A DNA stretch of 32,000 nt from positions 1,350,001 through 1,382,000 of the forward strand of contig NC_008698.1 in assembly GCF_000015225.1 (NCBI RefSeq). The letters are read 5' to 3'. This document shows positions 1 to 7,648 of this stretch, in pieces. Origin of the DNA: Thermofilum pendens Hrk 5 (GTDB taxonomy: Archaea; Thermoproteota; Thermoprotei; Thermofilales; Thermofilaceae). Made by a program: the position numbers and the translations under genes. Positions within the stretch are counted from its first letter, which is position 1. Each line of letters opens with the position of its first letter. The notes beneath the pieces are model-generated. The model made no database searches and was not told the origin of the DNA. It was given only the letters and a program-made list of their open reading frames with translations.

Positions 1-1
1 G

Positions 2-424
2 GAGCTGTTGAGCCAGACAGGCGGCGTAGACGCGTTCGTAATGGGGATAGGCACCGGGGGAACGGTGATAGGCATCGGGAAGTACCTGAAGGAGAGGGTC
101 CCCGAAGCCCGGGTGGTCGGCGTCGTGCCCAAGGGCTCCCCCATCGCCGGCGGCAGGCTCGGAGACAACATAGAGGGGTTAGCGTCGACGTTCGTCCCGG
201 AGCTCTACGAGAGGCATGGGCGCGTGGTGGACTCCGTGGAGGAAGTCTCCCTCGCGGACGCCCTCTCCTCGCTGAAGGACCTCCTGCGCGCGGGAGTCCT
301 CGCGGGGCCCTCCACGGGCGCGAGCTTCCACGTGGCGAGGAGGCTCGCCTCCAGGGGCCTCAGGGTCGCGATAATCGCGGCGGACTCGGTGCTGAGGTAC
401 CCCGACCTTCTATCCACGCAATAA
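2..424 (+). CDS. PLP-dependent cysteine synthase / O-acetyl(phospho)serine sulfhydrylase family protein, C-terminal fragment (5' end lies outside the window)
   Basis: The frame is open from the window edge. GIGTGGTVIGIGKYLKE matches the glycine-rich PLP phosphate-binding loop of the CysK/CysM/CBS (PALP) fold. The tail AGPSTGASFHVARRL...AIIAADSVLRY resembles the CysK C-terminus. Confidence 0.75.
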   Translation, partial: ELLSQTGGVDAFVMGIGTGGTVIGIGKYLKERVPEARVVGVVPKGSPIAGGRLGDNIEGLASTFVPELYERHGRVVDSVEEVSLADALSSLKDLLRAGVLAGPSTGASFHVARRLASRGLRVAIIAADSVLRYPDLLSTQ

Positions 425-463
425 AGTTTATCTTTACTGGAACCTTTTGATATATCGAGGCAT

Positions 464-628
464 ATGAAGTGCTCCATATGCGGTAGGGAAGTCGACTCGC
501 TACTATACGCGGACCACAAGGAGCTGGGAGGAGTCTGGGTCTGCAGGGAGTGCTGGGAGAAGCTGTACGAAAAGAACCTCATCCGGAGCGGCACCGGCGA
601 ATCCTCGGGGTGCGCCTGCGGAGGTTAG
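464..628 (+). CDS. Small (54 aa) zinc-ribbon protein: MKCSICGREVDSLLYADHKELGGVWVCRECWEKLYEKNLIRSGTGESSGCACGG
   Basis: ATG at 464, TAG at 626-628; below the 60-aa cutoff of the ORF track. It fills the gap between the stop at 424 and the convergent HEPN stop at 649. CxxC...CxxC pair. Codon usage is GC3-rich with AGG Arg, like its neighbours. An A/T-rich box (aaagtttatc, 423-432) lies about 32-41 nt upstream. Confidence 0.55.
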   Translation: MKCSICGREVDSLLYADHKELGGVWVCRECWEKLYEKNLIRSGTGESSGCACGG

Positions 629-648
629 CCCCCGAGTCGGCGAGCGCG

Positions 649-1101
649 CTAAGCCTCCCCGCCCGCGCCCCGCGAAAGCCTCGCAGCTTCTTCGTAAAGC
701 TGCCTGACGAGCTCCAAGGTTATCTTTGCGTCTCTGAGGGCTTTCTCGGCGTCCATCCTCGTATACAGCTCCTCCGGGGGTAAGCCGCTCTCCTCGTCCC
801 CGTACATGGCCGCTTCCCTCTCCTTCCTAAGGCTCCTCGAGATCGACGCGAGCTCGTCTACCCTCTCCTGGAACCACGCCGGGAACCTTGCCCTCTCCCT
901 TCTAAGCACGGGGCCGACGTCGTGCCATTTAGGCGGCTCGATGCCCACGATTCTAAGCGCCGCCTTGAGTAGTAGCTCTACGGTCTCCTGGCACTGCCTA
1001 ACAACGTAGGGGTAGTTGCCGCCTTCCAGAGCCTCGGTCGCTTGCCTCACGATTTCCAGGGCCTGGTTTATGTGGGACCTAGCGAGCTCCAGGTTATTCA
1101 A
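649..1101 (-). CDS. HEPN domain protein (putative toxin partner of the upstream MNT)
   Basis: All-helical 150-aa protein. The N-terminal A..L..A...L..G.Y...V..C...VELLLKA pattern and the C-terminal LRKEREAAMYG segment are typical of HEPN (COG2250-like). Overlaps the upstream MNT gene by 8 nt. Confidence 0.85.
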   Translation of the reverse strand: MNNLELARSHINQALEIVRQATEALEGGNYPYVVRQCQETVELLLKAALRIVGIEPPKWHDVGPVLRRERARFPAWFQERVDELASISRSLRKEREAAMYGDEESGLPPEELYTRMDAEKALRDAKITLELVRQLYEEAARLSRGAGGEA

Positions 1102-1609
1102 GCTCTACCACCTCGCCGAACCTGTACTCGCCCTTCAACACCCAGTACCACGCCCTACCGCTCACCCACACCCTCCTAGCTCCGAGCCTCCTCAGCCTCT
1201 CCGACAGCGCCCTCAGCACGCCCTCGAAGAAGCCGCCCTTGTCGTATACTATCACCGCGTCCTCGACCATGTCCAGGTATAGCGGCGAGAACCTCCCAGC
1301 CTCCTCCCTAGTCTTGATGACCGGGGACAAGGACACGTAGTACCCCTTCTCCATCAGCTCGTCGAGCAACGGCTGTACCTCGTCCTCAGCCCTCTCGAAC
1401 AGCCTAACCCTCTCCACCCTCGACTTCGGCAAATCCTCGAAGACTACGAGCAAGTCCAGGTCGCTGTCCCTCCTCGGGCTCCCCCTAGCCACGCTACCGT
1501 AGACGACCAGGGAAACCAGGGAGCCCCCGTAGAGCCTTAGCAGGGACTCTAGTAGCCCGACAACCAACGCCCTGTAAGGCTCCGGGATATGCTCAACGCC
1601 AAACTTCAT
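1094..1609 (-). CDS. Minimal nucleotidyltransferase (MNT, Pol-beta superfamily), partner of HEPN
   Basis: VVYGSVARGSPRRDSDLDLLVVF contains the GS-x9-10-DxD nucleotidyltransferase signature. Gene order MNT then HEPN with an 8-nt overlap is the canonical type II/VII TA arrangement. Confidence 0.9.
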   Translation of the reverse strand: MKFGVEHIPEPYRALVVGLLESLLRLYGGSLVSLVVYGSVARGSPRRDSDLDLLVVFEDLPKSRVERVRLFERAEDEVQPLLDELMEKGYYVSLSPVIKTREEAGRFSPLYLDMVEDAVIVYDKGGFFEGVLRALSERLRRLGARRVWVSGRAWYWVLKGEYRFGEVVELE

Positions 1610-1623
1610 TTCGCGATTCTAGT

Positions 1624-1645
1624 CCCTGTCTCAGGGATTTATTTC
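1624..1645 (-). promoter_or_regulatory. TATA-like box (minus strand gaaataaat, 1637-1645) immediately followed by the inverted repeat CCCTG-AGA-CAGGG (1624-1636), upstream of the MNT-HEPN pair
   Basis: Read directly from the sequence. The TATA 3' end is 28 nt from the ATG at 1609. The 5-bp-arm inverted repeat sits between the TATA box and the expected transcription start, an operator-like position. Confidence 0.35.
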
Positions 1646-1675
1646 TACCGCGTCAAGCTTCCTCTCGGTACCAGA

Positions 1676-2512
1676 CTAGTAGGCTCCGAGTAGCCCCTTT
1701 CTCTTCAAGTTCTTCTCCACGAGAGCCAAGGACGCGAAACCGGCTACTAGGTAAGCCGCGGTTTCCGCTAGAAAGACTATCCACTCCAGCCCTACGGGTA
1801 GCAGGGTCTCCGTCCCCGCCGCGTGGTGCCTCAGCAAGTCGCCGGTATACGTGAAGGGCAACAGGTAGGCAGGTATCCTCAGGGGTTCCGGCAGCGCGGT
1901 GACGGGGAAGAAGACGCCGCAGAGCCCCAGGAAGACGAACTGCAGTATGCTGGTTAGAGGGCCAACGTTCTTGAACCTGAAGACTGCCGCTCCGTAGAGC
2001 AAGCCAAAGCCCATCGATGCCACGAGGCCTACGAAAAGCGCGGCGACAGCGTGTAGAGGCTCCAGTAGTAGCACGTTTACGCCGAAGATCGCAGTGAAGA
2101 TCGCGTACGTGTAGAGTATCGATAGGGGTAGAGAGATGAGCCTCGAGTAGAGGCTCCTCGAGAAGAGCACGGCTCTATTGGCGTTGGTGATCAATAGGAA
2201 TTCCAGTGTTCCCGTCTGTTGCTCCCGCCTGATCGTCATCCCGAAGCTCCAGAGCCCCGCCCCCACCACGTCCCACAGTATCATGCCCCAGAAGAGAGTG
2301 TTCAGCACTACTTGGTCGCTCCAGCGCTCCTTCGGGAGGAACAGCAGGATGGGCACTATGAGGAGGATGAGCCACGCCGGCGTAGTAACTATGTCCGAGA
2401 CGAGCCACGCCGCGTACCTGAAGTAGTTCTTAAGCCCCGCGAGCGCCGCCGCCTCGAACTCCAGGAGAAGACCCCGTAGCCCCTCTACTCTAGTACTTCG
2501 AGAGCTCTCCAT
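1676..2512 (-). CDS. ABC-2 type transporter permease (second permease of the operon)
   Basis: 278-aa polytopic membrane protein with about 6 hydrophobic segments. It is the last gene of the ATPase-permease-permease operon and overlaps the upstream gene by 23 nt. Confidence 0.8.
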   Translation of the reverse strand: MESSRSTRVEGLRGLLLEFEAAALAGLKNYFRYAAWLVSDIVTTPAWLILLIVPILLFLPKERWSDQVVLNTLFWGMILWDVVGAGLWSFGMTIRREQQTGTLEFLLITNANRAVLFSRSLYSRLISLPLSILYTYAIFTAIFGVNVLLLEPLHAVAALFVGLVASMGFGLLYGAAVFRFKNVGPLTSILQFVFLGLCGVFFPVTALPEPLRIPAYLLPFTYTGDLLRHHAAGTETLLPVGLEWIVFLAETAAYLVAGFASLALVEKNLKRKGLLGAY

Positions 2513-3335
2513 TCCGCCTCGCCCCCTCTTCCCACCTGTTGTACACGGTTCTCCCGGCGTACAGGTAGAGGACTGCCAGTAGGAACATAGCCGCGATTCT
2601 GAAGTGTATGGGTACCTCCTGCCCCGTCCCGCCGAAGAGCTCCCTGAGTATCTCGGAGGCGTGCGAAGTCGGCAGGAGCGCCGCGGCTACCCGCACCACC
2701 CTCGGGAAGACTTCGAGCGGGTAGTAGAAGCCGGAGAGCATCGCTACGAATGCGTTGATCGTCTGCGACACCGCGTAGACTTCCTTGAAGCGTACTGTCA
2801 GCGCCGCGACTACGAGCCCCAGCCCCGCCAGGGGGAGCAGACCTACGAGCACCACCAGGAAAGCTAGAAGCCAGTCCGCCGCGCTTACCCCGCGGAAGCC
2901 GCTCAGAGCCACAATGGATACGTCGAGCGCGAATATCAGCACCGAGAGGAGACTGGATGCTAGTGCGTGGAGCATCCAGAGAGCTACCGTGCTGTTCGGC
3001 GTGAGGTAGTGAAGCTCGAACGTGCCCATCAGCTGTTCCTCCCTGATTATACTCGACGTATTCTCGATCATTATCATACTCGACACCATGAGGACACCTC
3101 CCAAGGTGAAGTAGAGCACGGGGTTAGACACACCCGTGTTGCCCTGAAAGTTGCCCAGAGCCCCCGGGCCTGCCAGCGCGAGCCCAACGCCTATGTACAG
3201 CCCTCCGAGCGCGAACGGCATGAAGACCACCATCAGAAGCGAGCCGACATACCTCGTCATTATCTTGGCCTCCTTGACTAGCACCCCGGAGGCAACGGCG
3301 AAAAAAGCGTGCCTAGTTTTCTTCAAGCCCCCCAC
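2490..3335 (-). CDS. ABC-2 type transporter permease (first permease)
   Basis: 281-aa polytopic membrane protein. The N-terminal ...VLVKEAKIMTRY... resembles the ABC-2 permease N-terminus. GTG start overlaps the ATPase gene by 23 nt. Confidence 0.8.
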   Translation of the reverse strand: MGGLKKTRHAFFAVASGVLVKEAKIMTRYVGSLLMVVFMPFALGGLYIGVGLALAGPGALGNFQGNTGVSNPVLYFTLGGVLMVSSMIMIENTSSIIREEQLMGTFELHYLTPNSTVALWMLHALASSLLSVLIFALDVSIVALSGFRGVSAADWLLAFLVVLVGLLPLAGLGLVVAALTVRFKEVYAVSQTINAFVAMLSGFYYPLEVFPRVVRVAAALLPTSHASEILRELFGGTGQEVPIHFRIAAMFLLAVLYLYAGRTVYNRWEEGARRNGELSKY

Positions 3336-4317
3336 CCGTGTAAAACGCGAACACGTCCTCCAGCGTGGGCTCGACTGTTCTCACGCTCAACAGCTTGGCT
3401 CCGCTGTCTAGCACCGCGGAGAGCACTTCTCGCAGAACGCCGTCCCCCTCGTACACTACCCTCAGCGTCCCGGCGTAGGGGTTACCGCTTCCAGCGGAGA
3501 GAGACGTGGCGAGCACGCCTTGAACGCTTTTCACCTTCTCTCGGACCTCCTCGGGTCTTCCCGCGACCTCCACCTCTACGACTTGTTTCCCCGAGATTCT
3601 CGATTTAAGCTCTCTCGGAGACCCCACCGCTATTATCCTGCCCTTGTTTATTATAGCGACGCGGTCAGCTAGCATATCCGCCTCGAACATGTTGTGCGTT
3701 GTGAGCAGTATTGTTTTCCCACTCTTTTTGAGCTCCAGCACAACTTCCCGGACTTTCCTCGCCGAGTTAGGGTCCAGCCCTATCGTCGGCTCGTCGAGGA
3801 AGAGGACCGGGGGGTCGTGGAGCAGAGCCCTAGCTATGTTCAGCTTGGACTTCATGCCGGTGCTGTACTCCTCGACAAGCCTATCTGCGTCCTTTTCTAG
3901 ATCCAGTAGCTTTAGAAGCTCCTCTATCCTCCTCCTGGCGTAGCCCCTCTCCAAGTGGTACAGGCGTGCGAAGTACTCGAGGTTTTCCCTCCCTGTAAGC
4001 TTCCAGTAAAAGCCCCTGTCGCTGTACAGGCTCACCCCTATGCTCTCGCGGACCTTGCGCGGCTCTTCGAGCACGCTGTACCCGTTCACCCATGCCTCGC
4101 CGGAGTCGGGAAGCAACAACGTGCTGAGAATCTTTATAGTCGTGGTCTTCCCCGCGCCGTTAGGCCCCAGGAGCCCGAATATCTCGCCGGGACGTATCTC
4201 GAAGCTTACTCCCTGGAGCGCGACGACTTCCCTCCTCTTACCCCTAAAGAGCGCTCCCCCCTCGCGCGTACGGAAAACCTTCACCAGGTTTTTGGCGACG
4301 ACCGCTCCTCCGCTCAT
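3313..4317 (-). CDS. ABC transporter ATP-binding protein (ABC-2/CcmA-type, with C-terminal extension)
   Basis: Walker A GPNGAGKTT, signature-like YSTGMKSKLNIA, Walker B VLFLDEPTIGLD, H-loop TTHNM. The ORF track starts at a TTG (4329). The ATG at 4317 is better placed relative to the TATA-like box at 4346-4353. Confidence 0.9.
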   Translation of the reverse strand: MSGGAVVAKNLVKVFRTREGGALFRGKRREVVALQGVSFEIRPGEIFGLLGPNGAGKTTTIKILSTLLLPDSGEAWVNGYSVLEEPRKVRESIGVSLYSDRGFYWKLTGRENLEYFARLYHLERGYARRRIEELLKLLDLEKDADRLVEEYSTGMKSKLNIARALLHDPPVLFLDEPTIGLDPNSARKVREVVLELKKSGKTILLTTHNMFEADMLADRVAIINKGRIIAVGSPRELKSRISGKQVVEVEVAGRPEEVREKVKSVQGVLATSLSAGSGNPYAGTLRVVYEGDGVLREVLSAVLDSGAKLLSVRTVEPTLEDVFAFYTGGGLEEN

Positions 4318-4345
4318 AGCAACCCGCAATATTTACATGCAGCCA

Positions 4346-4353
4346 ATATATAA
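4346..4353 (-). promoter_or_regulatory. TATA-like box (minus strand ttatatat) for the ABC-2 operon
   Basis: A/T-rich octamer 29-36 nt upstream of the ATG at 4317, in an otherwise GC-rich context. Confidence 0.4.
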
Positions 4354-4407
4354 GTTTTATCTTATACTACTTCCGAAGGAAGGTTACACGACTTAGAGGG
4401 GCAAGCG

Positions 4408-4415
4408 TTTTTATT
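4408..4415 (+). promoter_or_regulatory. TATA-like box (tttttatt) for the PadR gene; leaderless-type spacing
   Basis: Its 3' end lies 24 nt upstream of the ATG at 4439. Confidence 0.45.
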
Positions 4416-4438
4416 CCGAGCCTGCTTACTCTCTGGGT

Positions 4439-4876
4439 ATGCACGTGTTCATGGCTAGCTTCGCCAGGAACCCTCTGCGCATAATGGTACTTTCACTGCT
4501 GAGGAAGAGGCCGATGAGCGGTGTGGAGATAATAGAGGAGATAGAGGAGATAACGCTCGGCTTCTGGAGACCCTCCCCTGGCGCGGTATACCCGACGCTT
4601 AGAGCCCTAGAGGAGGAAGGGCTAGTCCGCCGCGAGGAGGAGGGTTGGCGCAAGGTGTACTACCTGACCGAGAAGGGCAGAATGGAGCTCGAAAAGCTCG
4701 GGCTGGCATCCCAGCCTGCAGGCATCGACGATGCTCTCTGCATCCTGGAGGGCTACGTCGAGTACTTGAGGGAGGTCGCGTCTAGGGACGGGCTCTCCGA
4801 CGAGCAGGTATCCCGAATCGAGAGAATAGCGGAGGACCTTCGAAGGCTCGCCTCTAGCAGGGCGAAACCTACATAA
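4439..4876 (+). CDS. PadR family transcriptional regulator
   Basis: MSGVEIIEEIEE...PSPGAVYPTLRALEEEGLVRRE......YYLTEKGRMEL is the PadR winged-helix signature (PF03551-like). Confidence 0.85.
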   Translation: MHVFMASFARNPLRIMVLSLLRKRPMSGVEIIEEIEEITLGFWRPSPGAVYPTLRALEEEGLVRREEEGWRKVYYLTEKGRMELEKLGLASQPAGIDDALCILEGYVEYLREVASRDGLSDEQVSRIERIAEDLRRLASSRAKPT

Positions 4877-4891
4877 ATATCGGTTACCGAT

Positions 4892-6460
4892 ATGCCTCCA
4901 ATAAAGGCGGAACGTATGAAGACTGGACCGGTCTTGCTCTTGATAGCGGTAACCGTAGCGGCAACACTCGTGGGCGCGGGCCCGGTGACCGTCAGCCCCT
5001 CGGGGAGCGCCAGGGCCTACGCGTTCGTACTGGAGGATGTAAGCGTTCTGGACAGCGGCGTCCCCTCAGGGGTGGTGCAGGTCTCGGTGAGCTACTACGG
5101 GGCGTACACGTTGCTCGGGGCAAGCCTTGGGCTAACGGCTCGCTGCGGCGGCGCGGAGGTCTCCGCGGGTAGCGTGGACGTCGGCTCCTGGCGCCCCGGG
5201 ACCGTCAAGACGGCGAGGTTCACGCTTAACACGTCGAGCCTCGGGTCGGAGTGCACCCTGAGGGTCTCGGTGTCCTGGGGCGACTCGTGGGACGACGCCC
5301 AGAAGACTTACACGGGGCTGGGCGGGTCGACGAGCCTCGAGTACAGCTTTACGGCGTGCTGGGGCGAGAGGGTCTCGGTGGGCGTGAGGCCGCAGATGGT
5401 GTACTCTTCAACCGTTAACCCCGTGCTCCTAGTCGTGGAGAACTCCGGGCGGACCGCGCTCAGGCAGGTAGAGGTGTACGTCGCGCCTCAAGGCTCAGTC
5501 CTGCTCAACGCCTCCGTGCCTACCGTTTTCGAGCTGGGAGACCTGAAGCCCGGGGAGAGGAGGGTAGTGCCGCTCAGCGTGGTCCCGCAGTCCCCCTTCC
5601 CCTCGTTCTCCGTCACCGTGAGCTACCTCGACTGCTCCGGGTCCAAGAAGAGCGTGGCGCAACAGGTATACCTCTACGCGGCGGCGGGGCAGAGCATAGT
5701 CGTCGTGCCGGACCCGCCGGTTCTCGTAGCCGGGCAGGCGTCCAACGTCTCGCTCAGGGTGGTCAACGCCGGCGGGGTCGCCGTTAAGGGGCTTAGCCTC
5801 GTGCTGGGGGTCCAGAAGAGCCCCCTGAGCGTCTCCCCGAGCTTCCTAGTAGTCGGCGACCTGGGGCCGGGCGAGTCGAGGAGCGTCCCTGTAACCGTGC
5901 TCGTACCGGCGACGGCTTCTAGCAGCGAGTCCGTCGCCTACCAGGCTCTCTACAGCGTGGAGGGAGGCGGGCTGGCGACTAGCGGAGGGTCGTTCACGTT
6001 CTACGTCGCCCAGAGGTCCTCCGTGTCCATAACCTCGGTGGACGTCGTGCCGCAGAGCCCCGAGGTCGGGTCCAACGTCATATTCGCGGTGAGCCTGGTG
6101 GATGACGGCACGTTCCCCGTCTACGCGGTCAACGTCTCTGCCTACGCGTCCAGGGGCCTCTCCCCCCTGCGCTCGACCTACGCGTACCTGGGCCAGCTCA
6201 ACCCCCAGGTCCTCACGACGGTCCCGTTCAGCTTCAGGGCAGTCGAGGAGGGGATGCAGGAGGTCAGGTTCGTCGTGACGTACAGGGACGCGTACGGGTA
6301 TTCGAGGAGCGCCGAGAGGACGGTCTACGTCAACGTGGCGAGGCAGCAGCCCTCGCGCCAGGCGCAGGGCGGGTCCGCGAACCCGTACGTCTACCTCGCC
6401 GCCGTTGCGGTAGCCCTGCTGCTGGCCGCCGCGTACGCCGCGAGGAAGAGGAGGGGGTAG
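4892..6460 (+). CDS. Secreted, C-terminally membrane-anchored protein made of about 5 tandem CARDB/COG1361-like beta-sandwich domains
   Basis: N-terminal signal or anchor sequence (GPVLLLIAVTVAATLVGA) and a C-terminal TM plus basic tail (YVYLAAVAVALLLAAAYAARKRRG). A recurring motif appears about every 90-100 aa: VGSWRPGTVKTARFTL, LGDLKPGERRVVPLSV, VGDLGPGESRSVPVTV, LGQLNPQVLTTVPFSF. Confidence 0.7.
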   Translation: MPPIKAERMKTGPVLLLIAVTVAATLVGAGPVTVSPSGSARAYAFVLEDVSVLDSGVPSGVVQVSVSYYGAYTLLGASLGLTARCGGAEVSAGSVDVGSWRPGTVKTARFTLNTSSLGSECTLRVSVSWGDSWDDAQKTYTGLGGSTSLEYSFTACWGERVSVGVRPQMVYSSTVNPVLLVVENSGRTALRQVEVYVAPQGSVLLNASVPTVFELGDLKPGERRVVPLSVVPQSPFPSFSVTVSYLDCSGSKKSVAQQVYLYAAAGQSIVVVPDPPVLVAGQASNVSLRVVNAGGVAVKGLSLVLGVQKSPLSVSPSFLVVGDLGPGESRSVPVTVLVPATASSSESVAYQALYSVEGGGLATSGGSFTFYVAQRSSVSITSVDVVPQSPEVGSNVIFAVSLVDDGTFPVYAVNVSAYASRGLSPLRSTYAYLGQLNPQVLTTVPFSFRAVEEGMQEVRFVVTYRDAYGYSRSAERTVYVNVARQQPSRQAQGGSANPYVYLAAVAVALLLAAAYAARKRRG

Positions 6461-6466
6461 GCCTAG

Positions 6467-7648
6467 ATGAACCTCTCCGACTACCTCTACCTGGCCTTCA
6501 CCAGCCTTAAGGAGAAGAAGGGCAGGGCGGCCGGGGCGGCGCTCGGCGTCATGATAGCGGTGCTCGCCTTGAGCCTCGCGCTCGGCGTCGGCGAGAGCTT
6601 CCAGAAGGCCTTCGTCGAGCAACTCCAGTCGACGATAGCCGCGGACAGTGTCTTCGTGATAGGCGGGTACGCCGGGCTGACGGATGCGGACATAGCCTAC
6701 TTCAAGAGCATCCCGGGAGTCAAGGACGCGCAGGGCGTGCTCATGGCGAGCGGCGTCGTCTACACGGAGTCCGGGGAGAAGCCCGTGAACATAGTGGCTG
6801 TCGACCCCTCCTTCCTGCCGAGGTACCTCGGAGTCTCGGACATGAGGAAGGCTGTGGCGGAGGGGGAGACGGAGCCGAGGGGGCTCGGCGTACTCGTGTC
6901 GTACAGCCTGTGGAGGGACCAGGAGACGGGGAGGAAGCTCCTCGACGTCGGGTCCGTCCTCAACGTGAGGGTGGGCGGCAGGAACGTGCAGGTCTTCGTA
7001 GTTGGTCTACTCGAGCAGACGAGCTCCAGCATGTCGATGGGGCACGACTTCCAGGTGGCGACGATCTACATGGACCCCGACGCTTTCTTCACGTACCTTG
7101 GGAGGACTAGGAACTACCCGGTGGCGATAGTGCTCGTCGAGAACCTCGACGCGCTGGACTCGATAACCGAGAACATCAGGGCCCTCGCGCCGCCGGGCTC
7201 CAGGATAATATCGGCGGCCGCGATGGTCAAGCAGTTCACCTCCCTCGTCGGCGCTCTCCAGCTCTTCATAGCGCTTATATCAGCCGTCGGGATGGGCGTG
7301 ACGGCTCTCTGGATCTTCGACAGCACGACAATCAGCGTCACCCAGCGCACGAAGGAGATAGGGATACTCAAGGCGCTCGGCTACACGAGCGGGGACATAC
7401 TGGCGGTCTTCCTCCTCGAAACCGTGATCGTGTCGCTGGTGGGGGCGGCGGCGGGCCTCCTGGCCGCCTTGGCCTCGTCGAGCGTCGTGAAGATATCGGC
7501 TTTCGGCATACAGATAGGCGTCGCCCTAACCCCCCACACCGCCGGGCTCGCAGTCCTGCTACCCCTAGCCGCCAACGTGCTGGCAGCGTTCATACCCGCG
7601 AGGCGCGGGGCATCCCTCAACCCCGTGGAGGCGCTCAGGTATGAGTAG
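6467..7648 (+). CDS. ABC transporter permease, FtsX/MacB-like
   Basis: N-terminal TM, a large extracytoplasmic domain, then three C-terminal TMs. The RTKEIGILKALGYT motif is typical of the FtsX domain (COG0577). Confidence 0.85.
   Translation: MNLSDYLYLAFTSLKEKKGRAAGAALGVMIAVLALSLALGVGESFQKAFVEQLQSTIAADSVFVIGGYAGLTDADIAYFKSIPGVKDAQGVLMASGVVYTESGEKPVNIVAVDPSFLPRYLGVSDMRKAVAEGETEPRGLGVLVSYSLWRDQETGRKLLDVGSVLNVRVGGRNVQVFVVGLLEQTSSSMSMGHDFQVATIYMDPDAFFTYLGRTRNYPVAIVLVENLDALDSITENIRALAPPGSRIISAAAMVKQFTSLVGALQLFIALISAVGMGVTALWIFDSTTISVTQRTKEIGILKALGYTSGDILAVFLLETVIVSLVGAAAGLLAALASSSVVKISAFGIQIGVALTPHTAGLAVLLPLAANVLAAFIPARRGASLNPVEALRYE

Noticed and set aside
550-783. 77-aa plus-strand ORF and the 129-aa minus-strand ORF (205-594) around the first gene junction
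   Set aside because: Both overlap better-supported genes (HEPN, the cysteine-synthase-family fragment and the 54-aa zinc-ribbon ORF), and both have biased composition.
5846-6622. 258-aa minus-strand ORF antisense to the CARDB-like gene and the start of the permease gene
   Set aside because: Arg/Gly/Pro/Glu-rich, low-complexity translation typical of the antisense frame of GC-rich genes. It spans a gene junction and has no promoter or motif support.
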